Of a stretch of DNA of 64,000 nt, positions 50,277 through 59,667 are shown one piece after another (the first letter of the stretch is position 1; each line of letters opens with the position of its first letter). The stretch lies in NCBI GenBank assembly GCA_003193925.1, contig PSPG01000008.1:64001-128000 (forward strand), in the 5' to 3' direction. Below the pieces are notes generated by a model. It was given only the letters and a program-made list of their open reading frames with translations. It did not search any database and was not told the origin of the DNA. The stretch comes from Candidatus Thalassarchaeum betae (GTDB taxonomy: Archaea; Thermoplasmatota; Poseidoniia; Poseidoniales; Thalassarchaeaceae). The position numbers and the translations under genes are program-made.

Positions 50277-51291
50277 GGGCCTTGGCCACGGCCCTCGCGG
50301 AATCCACCGCGGCATCACTCAGATGGTGCTCCGACTCGACATGACAGCCGGCCAGTCCTATGCCGTTCTCGAGGAACATGGTGCCGCCGACCCGTTCGCT
50401 GCGCGAGCATGGATGGAGCATTATTGAGGTCGTAGAACGACGCGCTGCGGCCATCCCTCGCCACCCTGAGCAGCGCGAGTCGAGGAACTCCTTGATGCCC
50501 TCGAGCGCGGCGTCCCCATCACCCTTGAGGCAGACTGCGTGCAGGATGGTGCACTCCGAAGCCTCAGCGCCCTCGGGTACCCTGTCATCGGCTGTCACAT
50601 CGATGGCGATGATGCCGCTCTCAGCCTCGAACAGGCCGGAGTAGGGTCGCATCGGCCTGCCCTCGAGCGCTACGTCCAGCGCGGCGACTCGATGCTCGTT
50701 GCACTCCCAGAGCGGCGATGCGTCGAGGCCGGCGGACTCGAGCAGCCTCGCGCTCTCGGCGGGTGGGACCGCGAGGATGACCGCATCGCACTCGACATCG
50801 TTGTCCGCGATGCGAACGGAGCGGACTCGCCTGTCCGCTCCGAGGAGGATAGACTCGGCGCTCTTTCCGGTATCGAACATCACATCGAGCTGGTTCGCGC
50901 CGACGATCAGTCGGCCGACCAGGCTCGACCAGCCGCCTCGCGGTATCACCAGTTGGCCCGGCCTGCGTACCTCCTCTGAGCCCAGAGACATTGTGGCGAG
51001 TGCGGTCATGGCGCTCTTGCCGTCGCCGCCGATCTCCAGCATCCCATCCTGCGGCCACTTGGATCCGAGTACACGTGGTGCGCGGAGTTTCCTCAGCAGC
51101 TGGTTCAGGGGGCCCTTGCGCCTCAGGAGATGGAGACCGGGGTCAAGGAGCCACTCCCCGGAGTCGCGCAGCCTGACACGGCCGCCCAAAGTGTCCCTCG
51201 ACTCGACTAGCAGCACAGTGGCTCCGTCGGCCGCCAGTTGGACCGCTGCTGCCAATCCCGCGACTCCGCCGCCGATGACAACGCTGCGCAT
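50260..51291 (-). CDS. FAD-dependent oxidoreductase (amine oxidase/phytoene desaturase-like)
   Basis: 'VIGGGVAGLAAA', 'E....LGGR', 'DPGLH', 'PRGGW'. Confidence 0.85.
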   Translation of the reverse strand: MRSVVIGGGVAGLAAAVQLAADGATVLLVESRDTLGGRVRLRDSGEWLLDPGLHLLRRKGPLNQLLRKLRAPRVLGSKWPQDGMLEIGGDGKSAMTALATMSLGSEEVRRPGQLVIPRGGWSSLVGRLIVGANQLDVMFDTGKSAESILLGADRRVRSVRIADNDVECDAVILAVPPAESARLLESAGLDASPLWECNEHRVAALDVALEGRPMRPYSGLFEAESGIIAIDVTADDRVPEGAEASECTILHAVCLKGDGDAALEGIKEFLDSRCSGWRGMAAARRSTTSIMLHPCSRSERVGGTMFLENGIGLAGCHVESEHHLSDAAVDSARAVAKALKPRR

Positions 51292-51320
51292 CTGCCGGTT
51301 TCAGGGGGGAGGATGGTAAA

Positions 51321-52304
51321 ATGTCGTTTCGGACCATTGAAGGCGGGGTTGTGACACGTCATGGCGTGGCCACACTGCCTCACGACCGCTCCACCCTCCT
51401 CTGGTCGGAGGATGGCCCAACCCCGCTCTTCCTCGATTCAATCGACAGGTGGGTCGATGCAATGGTAGCCGACGAGCACGGCGGGGGCGATGGGCCCGAC
51501 GGGCTCGTCGAGGCCAGGGTCGTGGCGAAGGCTTCGGGCGTCCTGTGCGGCCGCCCGGTGGCCGAGCGCTTGCTTGCAAGGCACCTCTCAGGGTGCTCGG
51601 CAGAGTGGGGGGCCAGCGAGGGTGGCCCTGTGGAGGAGGGTCGGACGGTACTGGTCCTGCACGGGCCGGCCAATGAGATTCTCCGAATTGAGCGGACCCT
51701 GCTCAATCTCTTGGGAAGGCTGTCCGGAATCGCCTCAAACACGACTCAGTGGGCCGAATCAGCCGGCTCGATGTGCATCGCAGCCACTCGCAAGACCGAA
51801 TGGGGGCTGCTCGACAAGTGGGCCATTCACATCGGCGGAGGGCTGACCCACAGGCTCGACCGCAGCGATGCATTGATGCTCAAGGAGAACGACATCGCGG
51901 CTGAGATGGGCGAAGGCGAGAGCGAGCTCGCAGCGATGAGACGAATGGTCTCCTCGGTAGACATGAAGCAGCATGCCGGGTTCACCGTGGTCGAGGTTCG
52001 CAGCGTCGAGCAGGCTGTCGCCGCAGCAGCCGCCTGGGACGCCTCGCAGCGCGCACGGGGAGGCGACGAGCGAGTCGTGCTGCTACTCGACAACATGGGC
52101 TCTGAGGGCGCTTCTGATGCAGGCACTGCCCTGAGCGAGCGCGGCTTGCGCCAGCGCTGCGTGCTGGAGGGCTCGGGCGGAGTGAGCCTCGACTCACTGG
52201 GTGATTGGGCTGCCAGCGGCGTCGATCTGGTGTCCTCGAGCGCTTTGAACCGCGGCGTGGAACCACTCGACCTGTCTATGCTGATTGGCGCCGGAGGAGA
52301 TTGA
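51321..52304 (+). CDS. nadC: Quinolinate phosphoribosyltransferase
   Basis: 'ERTLLNLL..LSGIA', 'TRKT', 'HRLD.SD..MLKEN', 'EV', 'LLDN', 'SGG'; start uncertain. Confidence 0.9.
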   Translation: MSFRTIEGGVVTRHGVATLPHDRSTLLWSEDGPTPLFLDSIDRWVDAMVADEHGGGDGPDGLVEARVVAKASGVLCGRPVAERLLARHLSGCSAEWGASEGGPVEEGRTVLVLHGPANEILRIERTLLNLLGRLSGIASNTTQWAESAGSMCIAATRKTEWGLLDKWAIHIGGGLTHRLDRSDALMLKENDIAAEMGEGESELAAMRRMVSSVDMKQHAGFTVVEVRSVEQAVAAAAAWDASQRARGGDERVVLLLDNMGSEGASDAGTALSERGLRQRCVLEGSGGVSLDSLGDWAASGVDLVSSSALNRGVEPLDLSMLIGAGGD

Positions 52305-53090
52305 ATGGGCGAGATACCTGAGAGCCACCCTCGACGCTCCTCGCTGCTGGCGAGGCAGAAGCTGGTCGACGCCGCAGCCGAGGGGCTGCTGGCGGACTCA
52401 GCGATGATAGCCCACGGCCGCGGCGAGGCTTTCGACTATCTGCTGGGCGAGCAGACCTCGGACTCGGCCAGAAGCGCGATTCGCGAGGCGTCGGCCAGAC
52501 TGCTGACCGCCGAACGACCTGTCATCTCGGTCAACGGTAACACAGTGGTGCTTGCTGGCGAGGACCTGATCCGCGTCGCAGCCGTCGTCGGCTGCCCAAT
52601 TGAGGTGAACCTGTACTACCGCACTCCCGAGAGGATCGCCAGACTGCTGACGAGGCTGGCGGAGCAGCGTGCCTCGGTCGCAGGTGGGCCGGCCCCTGAC
52701 GGCTGGTCCGAGGACTGGGCGAAGGCTGTCAGCTCGGTCGCCCTGCTGGGTGATGGGGCGGATGGCAGCATCGAGGGGCTGGAGGGGGCTCGGGCTATAT
52801 GCTGCACAAACGGCATCGGCAGTGCCGACATCGTACTGGTGCCACTCGAGGACGGAGATAGGTGCGAGGCGCTCGTCGAGATGGGCAAGCAGGTCGTGGT
52901 CATCGACCTCAACCCTCTTTCGCGCACATCGAGGATGGCCACGGTCACCATCGTGGACGAGGTTACGAGAGCCGCGACTGCTTTGGTTGATGAGGTCGTC
53001 TCGGGGCATGCGGCGCAGGGCGACTGGGACAATCGAGCCGCCTTGAGCGAAGCTCTCGACATCATCGCAGGTGCTTCCGCGGGTGAATGA
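52305..53090 (+). CDS. 4-phosphopantoate--beta-alanine ligase (archaeal phosphopantothenate synthetase)
   Basis: 'IPESHPR', 'AHGRGEAFDYLLGE', 'SVNGN', 'VPLEDGDR', 'IDLNPLSRT'. Confidence 0.93.
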   Translation: MGEIPESHPRRSSLLARQKLVDAAAEGLLADSAMIAHGRGEAFDYLLGEQTSDSARSAIREASARLLTAERPVISVNGNTVVLAGEDLIRVAAVVGCPIEVNLYYRTPERIARLLTRLAEQRASVAGGPAPDGWSEDWAKAVSSVALLGDGADGSIEGLEGARAICCTNGIGSADIVLVPLEDGDRCEALVEMGKQVVVIDLNPLSRTSRMATVTIVDEVTRAATALVDEVVSGHAAQGDWDNRAALSEALDIIAGASAGE

Positions 53091-54281
53091 TCAAGCAGAT
53101 GCGAACTTCTCTGCGAGGAGGACGGCGCATCGCTCGGCGATGGCCTGGCCGACCTCAGAGGTGGATGCCGTTCCTCCAAGGTCGTAGGTCACAGCGCCAC
53201 CGTCTGCGAGATGATTGGCTATCGCCTTCTCGAGGATGTCGGCGCACATTATCGCATCAGCGTCTCCATGTCGAACTCCGAGGCTGTCGAACATCAAATG
53301 GACCGAGGAGATGGCTGCAATTGGGTTGACCTTGTTCATACCGGCGTACTTGGGAGACGAGCCGTGAACCGGCTCGAACAGCATGTGCTCATCACCGATA
53401 TTGGCGCTGGCTGCCATTCCCATCCCGCCCTGCAGGACGGAGGCTAGGTCGGTGGCGATATCACCGAACATGTTCGGCAGGACTACGACGTCTAGGTCCT
53501 CGGGGTCGCGAACTAACCACATGGTGAACGCGTCGATATAGGCCTCATTGGACTCGATGTCCTCATACTGCTCCGATACCTCGTTGAAGACCTTCCTGAA
53601 CAGGCGGCATCCCCGCAGGACGTTGCTCTTATCCACACAGGTCACCTTCTGCGGAATGCCCATGCGAGACTTGCGCCGCTTGGCGATTTCGAAAGCGAAT
53701 CTGATGACGCGCTCGCTGCCGGCACGCGATATCGGCCTCGGGTCCCATGACACCTCTCCGTCGAGGCCGGGAAAACCGTCAATCATAATCGGGTCGTCCT
53801 TGGCACCGACCGCGCGTTGGGCCGAGCGTCGCAGAAGGCTGTGGTAGAGGCCTTCCGTGTTCTCGCGGACGAACACCATGTCGACAAGGTCGGGGTCCCA
53901 CACGTTGGTGTGGACGCCGTGCACCTTGTGCTGGACGCCATCGTAGAGTTTGACCGGCCTGATGTTGGCGTACAGGTCCAGTCCGGAGCGCAGCCCCAGT
54001 ATGACCTGTCCACCGGCCAAGTCACCGTTACTGAGCCGGGCGCCGGGCCATCCGATGGCACCAAGGAGAATCGCGTCGGAGTTGTCCCTGCAGTGCTCGA
54101 AGGATCCCTCGGGCCACTCCTCGCCGGTCTCAAGGAAGTACTGTCCACCGCACGGAATCTCCGTGATGTCGAAAGACAACGGGCTGTGCTCCTCGAATAC
54201 CTCGATGATGCGTCTGGCCTCGGCAATGACCTCGCGACCAGTGCCATCGCCGGGCAGGACAGTCAGGCGGTACTTGCTCAC
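53091..54281 (-). CDS. Isocitrate/isopropylmalate dehydrogenase family protein
   Basis: 'LPGDGTG.EV', 'LYANIRP', 'RENTEG', 'DKSNV', 'NMFGDI.TD', 'FEPVHGSSP'. Confidence 0.93.
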   Translation of the reverse strand: MSKYRLTVLPGDGTGREVIAEARRIIEVFEEHSPLSFDITEIPCGGQYFLETGEEWPEGSFEHCRDNSDAILLGAIGWPGARLSNGDLAGGQVILGLRSGLDLYANIRPVKLYDGVQHKVHGVHTNVWDPDLVDMVFVRENTEGLYHSLLRRSAQRAVGAKDDPIMIDGFPGLDGEVSWDPRPISRAGSERVIRFAFEIAKRRKSRMGIPQKVTCVDKSNVLRGCRLFRKVFNEVSEQYEDIESNEAYIDAFTMWLVRDPEDLDVVVLPNMFGDIATDLASVLQGGMGMAASANIGDEHMLFEPVHGSSPKYAGMNKVNPIAAISSVHLMFDSLGVRHGDADAIMCADILEKAIANHLADGGAVTYDLGGTASTSEVGQAIAERCAVLLAEKFASA

Positions 54282-54379
54282 GGTTGGGGCACTTGCTTTT
54301 CATTCATCAACCCAACCCCCGATTTCCCTCTGGTTCTGGATGACATAATTGATAGACGGTCAACACGAACCAACGTCCC

Positions 54380-54982
54380 ATGGACCGTACGCCCGATGAC
54401 GGAAGTGGTAGCCCACGAATAGACGTCAGAGCCTTGCCTGACTCAGTTGCGAGGCTGTGGGAGACCATGCTCAGGCTCGACCCCTCCTGGGACCTCGCCG
54501 ATTGGCTGGACGAGCGAGCTAACGAGGAGCTTGAACTCGTCGACGGGCACTTGGGTCGAGAACGCCTGAGGCTGGAGCAGCGGCTGCATCGCATCGAGAC
54601 TCTGGTCAAGCGCCTGAGGCGGCAGAGGGAGGTCGCCGAGCGAGCCACTTGGACCGACCCCCATCAGAGGAATCTCTTCGACGTCTACGAGAAGGAGGGT
54701 GCTGAGGAGGTGGAGGAGGACCTCAATGGCTTCCCTGCAATCGACTTCGGGTCTCTCGGAGCGGAGGACGACCCGTTGCTGGCGATTGTCGCAGAGCACG
54801 TCATCAGCATAATCGAGCGGGCTTGCGCCGAAGGTCCCGAGCCAGTTCACTACGACCTCTTCGTGGATGAGTTGAATCCCATCGGAATTAGGCCAGACGA
54901 GGTTGACGAGGCTGTGGCCTGGCTGCTGCAGAGGAGAGTCGTCATCGAGTTGGGCGAGGACTGCTTTGGGATGGCCTCCTGA
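54380..54982 (+). CDS. Hypothetical protein (coiled coil, possible C-terminal winged helix)
   Basis: 200-aa ORF filling the gap; heptad segment 'RERLRLEQRLHRIETLVKRL'. Confidence 0.7.
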   Translation: MDRTPDDGSGSPRIDVRALPDSVARLWETMLRLDPSWDLADWLDERANEELELVDGHLGRERLRLEQRLHRIETLVKRLRRQREVAERATWTDPHQRNLFDVYEKEGAEEVEEDLNGFPAIDFGSLGAEDDPLLAIVAEHVISIIERACAEGPEPVHYDLFVDELNPIGIRPDEVDEAVAWLLQRRVVIELGEDCFGMAS

Positions 54983-55058
54983 GTTTCCCGATTCGGGGCT
55001 CCCAACGGACAACCGTTCCCTTCAAAGAAGGGCGTCCTGTCGCGATGGCCGTAGTACC

Positions 55059-57038
55059 ATGGCAAGTGATGCATCGGGATGGTACGCGCGCCTCGATCAC
55101 GAGTGCTCTGACAGGCTCGAGCAGCTCTCTGTGTGGCTCGATTCCTGGGAGGAGGCGATCAGGCACCGGCTGCCGATTGCAGCCACTCTGCCCAGCCACT
55201 GGCCCATCCTGCCTGCCGGGCTCCTCTCCGATCCCGGAGCGGTCCTCGAGCACCTGCTCTCCAGACATGAGGCAGAGCGTGACGGCAGGTCGCCCAGAGG
55301 CGCCCACTCGACCCCGGGAAGGCTCATTGAGTCCATACTCGCGGACGAGTTGAAGAACACCCAGCGCAAGGCGAGGAAGGCTCCGCCTGCGACCTTGTCG
55401 CTAGCTGCCATGCCCCGGGGCTTCTGGGCCTATGCCGAGCGCTTCAACGAGAATGTGGTCGGGGGCTCGGGTGATTCGGAGGAAGTTTCCCAGGATGACG
55501 GAGCGCAGACTCGCTCGGGGATACCCATCCCATTCGCCGACCCTGCGGTCGGAGGTGGCGTCGTCCCATCGCGAGCGATCAGAATCCACGTCCTGCGCAG
55601 CGACGGTTACGATGCCTGCGAGATACGCGAAGACACTCGCAGACTGCTCCAGGGCATGCAGATGGCAGATGCTTCCGAGGCCGCTGTGACATGCACTAGG
55701 AGGAGGCTCCTGCTGGTCTTAGCGCGGGCTGGACTGGTCGATCTCGATGGCGAGGGCGACGAGTCTAGAATCGGGCGCCGCGAGGCTGAGGCGATCCTAG
55801 AGGACGGCGTGCGCTGCGCGGACGTCCTCCGAGGGGAATGGCCGTGGGACGAGGCGCCGCGCCTGCTGGTCAGCAGGCCGCCCTGGCTGCGCATCAAGGA
55901 CCGCTTCCGCGGCCACCCCGAAGGCAGCCAGATGCGCAAGGATCTCTCGAGGGAGTTGCGCGATACGAAGGAGCGCGATGGCAACCTGAGGTTCGCCGCG
56001 CTCAGAGGCAACATCAACCTCTACCGGCTGTTCCTCGAACGCTCGATGCAACTCGTTCGCGAGGGCTGCAGAATCCGCATGGTCGTCCCTGACGCCCTGC
56101 TGCGCGAGAAGAGCAGCATCGCCCTCCGCAAGCTGATGGTCGAGAGGAACGAATGGAGCTCCTCCTGGTCCTTCCCAGAGCCTCAGAGGGTCTTCCCGGG
56201 AGCCTCTCAGGGTGTTCTGGTAGTGGGGGTCACAGTCGGTGGCAGCACCGAGATGATGACTAGCTTCAGCCCTCTCGAAGTCAATGAAATCTCACCCAAT
56301 TCGGGCCTCGACAACAAGGCGCCGTTCCTGGAGTTGGAGCGCGGGCCCTGGTCAGTCTGGACCGACATGTCCTGGGCCGTCCCCAAGATGCCGCGAGACC
56401 CCTACCTGCGGCGAGCCGTGCTCAAGGCTATCGATGAACTCGCCGACCAGCCGCGTCTGGGCGAGGAAGGCAACTGGCTCAACCCCAACGGCAAGCCGAT
56501 TCGGGTGCGGGTCGGGGAAATCGACCAGACGAACTGGTCGTCCAACATCAGCGACTGGAAGATTGGCTCCGGGGGAGTTCCGTTCATCCGAGGTGCGCAC
56601 TTCTGCCTCGAGGACGGTGATGTCAGGATCAACCACCCCGGTTACGACACCGAAATCGAGGATGGGGCGATTGAGCGCTCACAGGCTCTGTGGAACGGGC
56701 CCATCGAGTCGAGGGGTCATTCCCGAGTTGCTTGCCAAGCCATCGTCAACGCCCAGAAGGAGCGCCGCCTCCGCTGGGCGGTCGTCCCACCCGACTGCGT
56801 GCTTGGCAACTCTGTTAATTTCCTAGAGCTCCCAGAGGGGGTCCTCGACAGTTTGGCCGAGGAGCACGGAAGTTTAGACGAGGGACTTCTCTTCGTCGCG
56901 GCCCAACTCAATTCAGAGGCTCTCGACCTCTGGTCGAGGGCTTGGGCTGCTAACAACAACGTGAACAACTACGAAATCGAGAGCCTCCCATTCCCACCTC
57001 CGTCTACCGAAAGCGCCCTGAATTACGCTTTGAGGTAG
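55059..57038 (+). CDS. Gamma-class amino-methyltransferase-like protein (Eco57I/TaqI-like) with degenerate motif IV
   Basis: Motif X 'GAHSTP', motif I 'ADPAVGGG', motif IV 'VSRPPW', 'NLYRLFLERS', 'VVPDALL', TRD-like C-terminus 'NNYEIESLPFP'. Confidence 0.72.
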   Translation: MASDASGWYARLDHECSDRLEQLSVWLDSWEEAIRHRLPIAATLPSHWPILPAGLLSDPGAVLEHLLSRHEAERDGRSPRGAHSTPGRLIESILADELKNTQRKARKAPPATLSLAAMPRGFWAYAERFNENVVGGSGDSEEVSQDDGAQTRSGIPIPFADPAVGGGVVPSRAIRIHVLRSDGYDACEIREDTRRLLQGMQMADASEAAVTCTRRRLLLVLARAGLVDLDGEGDESRIGRREAEAILEDGVRCADVLRGEWPWDEAPRLLVSRPPWLRIKDRFRGHPEGSQMRKDLSRELRDTKERDGNLRFAALRGNINLYRLFLERSMQLVREGCRIRMVVPDALLREKSSIALRKLMVERNEWSSSWSFPEPQRVFPGASQGVLVVGVTVGGSTEMMTSFSPLEVNEISPNSGLDNKAPFLELERGPWSVWTDMSWAVPKMPRDPYLRRAVLKAIDELADQPRLGEEGNWLNPNGKPIRVRVGEIDQTNWSSNISDWKIGSGGVPFIRGAHFCLEDGDVRINHPGYDTEIEDGAIERSQALWNGPIESRGHSRVACQAIVNAQKERRLRWAVVPPDCVLGNSVNFLELPEGVLDSLAEEHGSLDEGLLFVAAQLNSEALDLWSRAWAANNNVNNYEIESLPFPPPSTESALNYALR

Positions 57039-57185
57039 TGAATCGGGTAGACAGCGTCAATTTGTCGGTAGGATTTTTCCGTATTCCGGATTTATTGATG
57101 CGTCTGCACCAAACAGACTATTATCCGAGCGTGCCGTACGGGGAGCGTTCTATCGCGTTAGCGTTGAATTTAGAGGAAACAAGTT

Positions 57186-57767
57186 ATGGGAGTCCACCCA
57201 AAGATCGGTATCACAGGCCTGCCTAGGTCTGGGAAGTCTGCCGTGCTGGACAAGGTCGTCAGCATGGTCGTCGAGGCGCGTAAGGAGGAATCCCGTGGAC
57301 GCGGAGGAGGCGGTGAGATGAACATCATCGGAGGGATGAGGACTGAGGCGATCATCGAGGACGGTGAGCGAGTCGGGTACGCCTGCGTCGACATCTTCTC
57401 CGGCGACAAGGGCGTGATTGCCCACCGTGAGATAGACTCGCGAACTAGAATCCTCGGCTACGGCATAGACCCCAGCGAGGTGGACAGAGTGGGGGTGCCG
57501 GCCATCCAAAACGCCATCGGCAACTGCGAGATTATGGTCATCGACGAGGTCGGCAAGTTCTCCGTCGAGAGCGAGGCCTTCGTCGCAGTTGTGCGGAAGG
57601 CATTGGATCACGACATACCCACCCTGCTAACACTGCACAAGAAGAGTCGCCACCCTCTGCTGCAGGACATCCGCAGACGGGACGACGGGAGAATCCTGGA
57701 AGTGACCCCTGTTAACCGGGCCCTTCTACCGTACAAGATTCTCAGACTCATCCTAGAGACCTACTGA
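57186..57767 (+). CDS. Nucleoside-triphosphatase (THEP1/NTPase_1)
   Basis: 'ITGLPRSGKS', 'GGMRTE', 'IDEVGK', 'TLH', 'NR'. Confidence 0.92.
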   Translation: MGVHPKIGITGLPRSGKSAVLDKVVSMVVEARKEESRGRGGGGEMNIIGGMRTEAIIEDGERVGYACVDIFSGDKGVIAHREIDSRTRILGYGIDPSEVDRVGVPAIQNAIGNCEIMVIDEVGKFSVESEAFVAVVRKALDHDIPTLLTLHKKSRHPLLQDIRRRDDGRILEVTPVNRALLPYKILRLILETY

Positions 57768-57793
57768 CGCCCGCTCTGCGGTCAACTTGATGC

Positions 57794-58192
57794 ATGGGTG
57801 TCCACGCTCGATACTCGATGGACTCACCGGCGAGCCGCGTAGAGAGGGTACTCATCGGTCTTGCCGTACCCCTGTACCTGCTGACCGCTCTGGCCATCGC
57901 CGACGGCAGGATAGTAATCCTGTCCGAATCCAACGTCGACGAGGACTCGTTTGCGTACGTGTTCCCCGCCCTCGCTGTGCTGGCAACGCTGCTCTATACC
58001 TACATCCGAGGTGTGGGCTCACGTCCCCATGGCGATTCCCCTCTCGACAGGTGGTTCAGCCGCGAATCCGAGGACGAGATGCGCGAACGACTGAGGCAGG
58101 AGCAGATGGAAGCCGATGTCTCCAGCATGGGCTCGGCATGGGCGGAGAGGGAGAAGGAGCATCTCGAACGCACGCTCGGCGAGGAAGAGTGA
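57794..58192 (+). CDS. Hypothetical membrane protein (2 TM)
   Basis: Two hydrophobic segments and a charged tail; start may be 57817. Confidence 0.7.
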   Translation: MGVHARYSMDSPASRVERVLIGLAVPLYLLTALAIADGRIVILSESNVDEDSFAYVFPALAVLATLLYTYIRGVGSRPHGDSPLDRWFSRESEDEMRERLRQEQMEADVSSMGSAWAEREKEHLERTLGEEE

Positions 58193-58242
58193 GCATCGAA
58201 ACCTTCACTCTCCGAGTGCGTCGTGGGCGAGTTGGGCATACC

Positions 58243-58626
58243 ATGGGCGAAGTTCCGGCGGAGCTGCATTACACCGAGTCGCACGAATGGATCAGGGTCG
58301 TGGCCGACGAGGTCACCGTGGGAATCACTGACTTCGCGCAGAATGCTCTGACAGACGTCGTCTGGGTGGATCTCGCCGAAGTCGGTGCTGCTGTGGATGT
58401 CATGGAGCCATGCGCCAGTGTGGAGTCGGTGAAGTCGGTCAGCGAGATCTACGCTCCAGTCTCGGGGGACATCGTCGATTCCAATATGGAGCTGGAGGAC
58501 GCTCCCGAGCGAATCAACGAGGACCCTTACGGCGATGGCTGGATATTCAGGATGAGCATAGCCGACAGGGCGGATCTCGACGTTCTGCTGGACGCTGCAG
58601 CATATACCGCCTTGATTGGGGAATGA
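58243..58626 (+). CDS. gcvH: Glycine cleavage system H protein
   Basis: 'YTESHEW', 'VGITDFAQ', lipoyl-Lys 'ESVKSVSEIYAP', 'INEDPYGDGW'. Confidence 0.96.
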   Translation: MGEVPAELHYTESHEWIRVVADEVTVGITDFAQNALTDVVWVDLAEVGAAVDVMEPCASVESVKSVSEIYAPVSGDIVDSNMELEDAPERINEDPYGDGWIFRMSIADRADLDVLLDAAAYTALIGE

Positions 58627-59168
58627 AGATGACTGCATCCCACCCACTGTACATCTACGTAGATGGCTCCTGTGAGGAGAACAAAAACGTCACCGCCGAC
58701 ACGCCCGCGGGATGGGGATTCTGTGTGATATCAGGTGACAACGGAGTCGGACGAGGCGGCGGGGACGTCGTCTTCGAGAGGAGCGGGGCGGTCGTCACCG
58801 ACGAGGCTTCTGAGGGATACCTCGGAGCCGAAGTCGGCTCGAACAACACGGCCGAGCTGAGCGCCATCGCGCAAGCCATGAGATGGCTTCTGACCGATGG
58901 TGGCAGCCATGCCGTAGTCATCCGCGGAGACTCCCAGTACGCTCTCAACATAGGCTCGGCGGTATGGAGGGCGAAGGCAAACAGGGACCTCGCGCTGTCT
59001 GTTCAGGCCCTATGGGCCGAAGTCTCCTCCCTGCGCTCATTGACACCCGAGCACATCCGCGCGCACCGGGGGCACCGTTGGAACGAGCGCGCCGACCACC
59101 TCGCGTTCCGAGCGATGCAGGGTGAGAACGCGCTGCCCCTGCAATTCTGGAAACCCGGGCGTCGCTGA
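58623..59168 (+). CDS. rnhA: Ribonuclease HI
   Basis: 'YVDGSC', 'SNNTAELSA', 'GDSQY', 'AHRGHRWNERAD'; ATGA overlap with gcvH. Confidence 0.93.
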   Translation: MKMTASHPLYIYVDGSCEENKNVTADTPAGWGFCVISGDNGVGRGGGDVVFERSGAVVTDEASEGYLGAEVGSNNTAELSAIAQAMRWLLTDGGSHAVVIRGDSQYALNIGSAVWRAKANRDLALSVQALWAEVSSLRSLTPEHIRAHRGHRWNERADHLAFRAMQGENALPLQFWKPGRR

Positions 59169-59585
59169 CTACTCCTGATCTGCCAGCGGCCCGATGCTCA
59201 GCATCACGTAGACGGCTTGGAGCACCATCAGCAAGCCGATGAGCGTCAGAACCAGACCCGCGGGGTCGGGCATGTGGTCCTGCAGCGGGTTGCCCGTGAG
59301 CCATGCGAGAGCGATTGTAACGATGCCGACGCCGAGAAGCTTCCTAGACGAGCCCGATGGATCCTTCCAGAGGTCCATCCACGGAATCAGGCCCTTCCGC
59401 TTGAAGGTCACACGATACCAAGCGACGTAGAGCAATGCCAACCCGGTCAGCCCGATTACCCCCAAGGTGAATGATTCCGAGTCCCAGGGACCGGCCGGTG
59501 CGAGGTCGATAAGCAGTGTGTCGAGCATCATCAGCGCGCCCAATACTGCGTGGGGCCGCCATTCGGGCGCCACTTGCTCGGCCAT
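59169..59585 (-). CDS. Hypothetical membrane protein (4 TM)
   Basis: Four hydrophobic helices from 'MAEQVAPEWRPH'. Confidence 0.75.
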   Translation of the reverse strand: MAEQVAPEWRPHAVLGALMMLDTLLIDLAPAGPWDSESFTLGVIGLTGLALLYVAWYRVTFKRKGLIPWMDLWKDPSGSSRKLLGVGIVTIALAWLTGNPLQDHMPDPAGLVLTLIGLLMVLQAVYVMLSIGPLADQE

Positions 59586-59667
59586 GCTGTCACGAGGCGG
59601 GCCTACGGCTTGAAATCGCCGTAGCGATGATGTCTTCAAGACCACCCCGCAGGCGCTGGTGAGGCAC

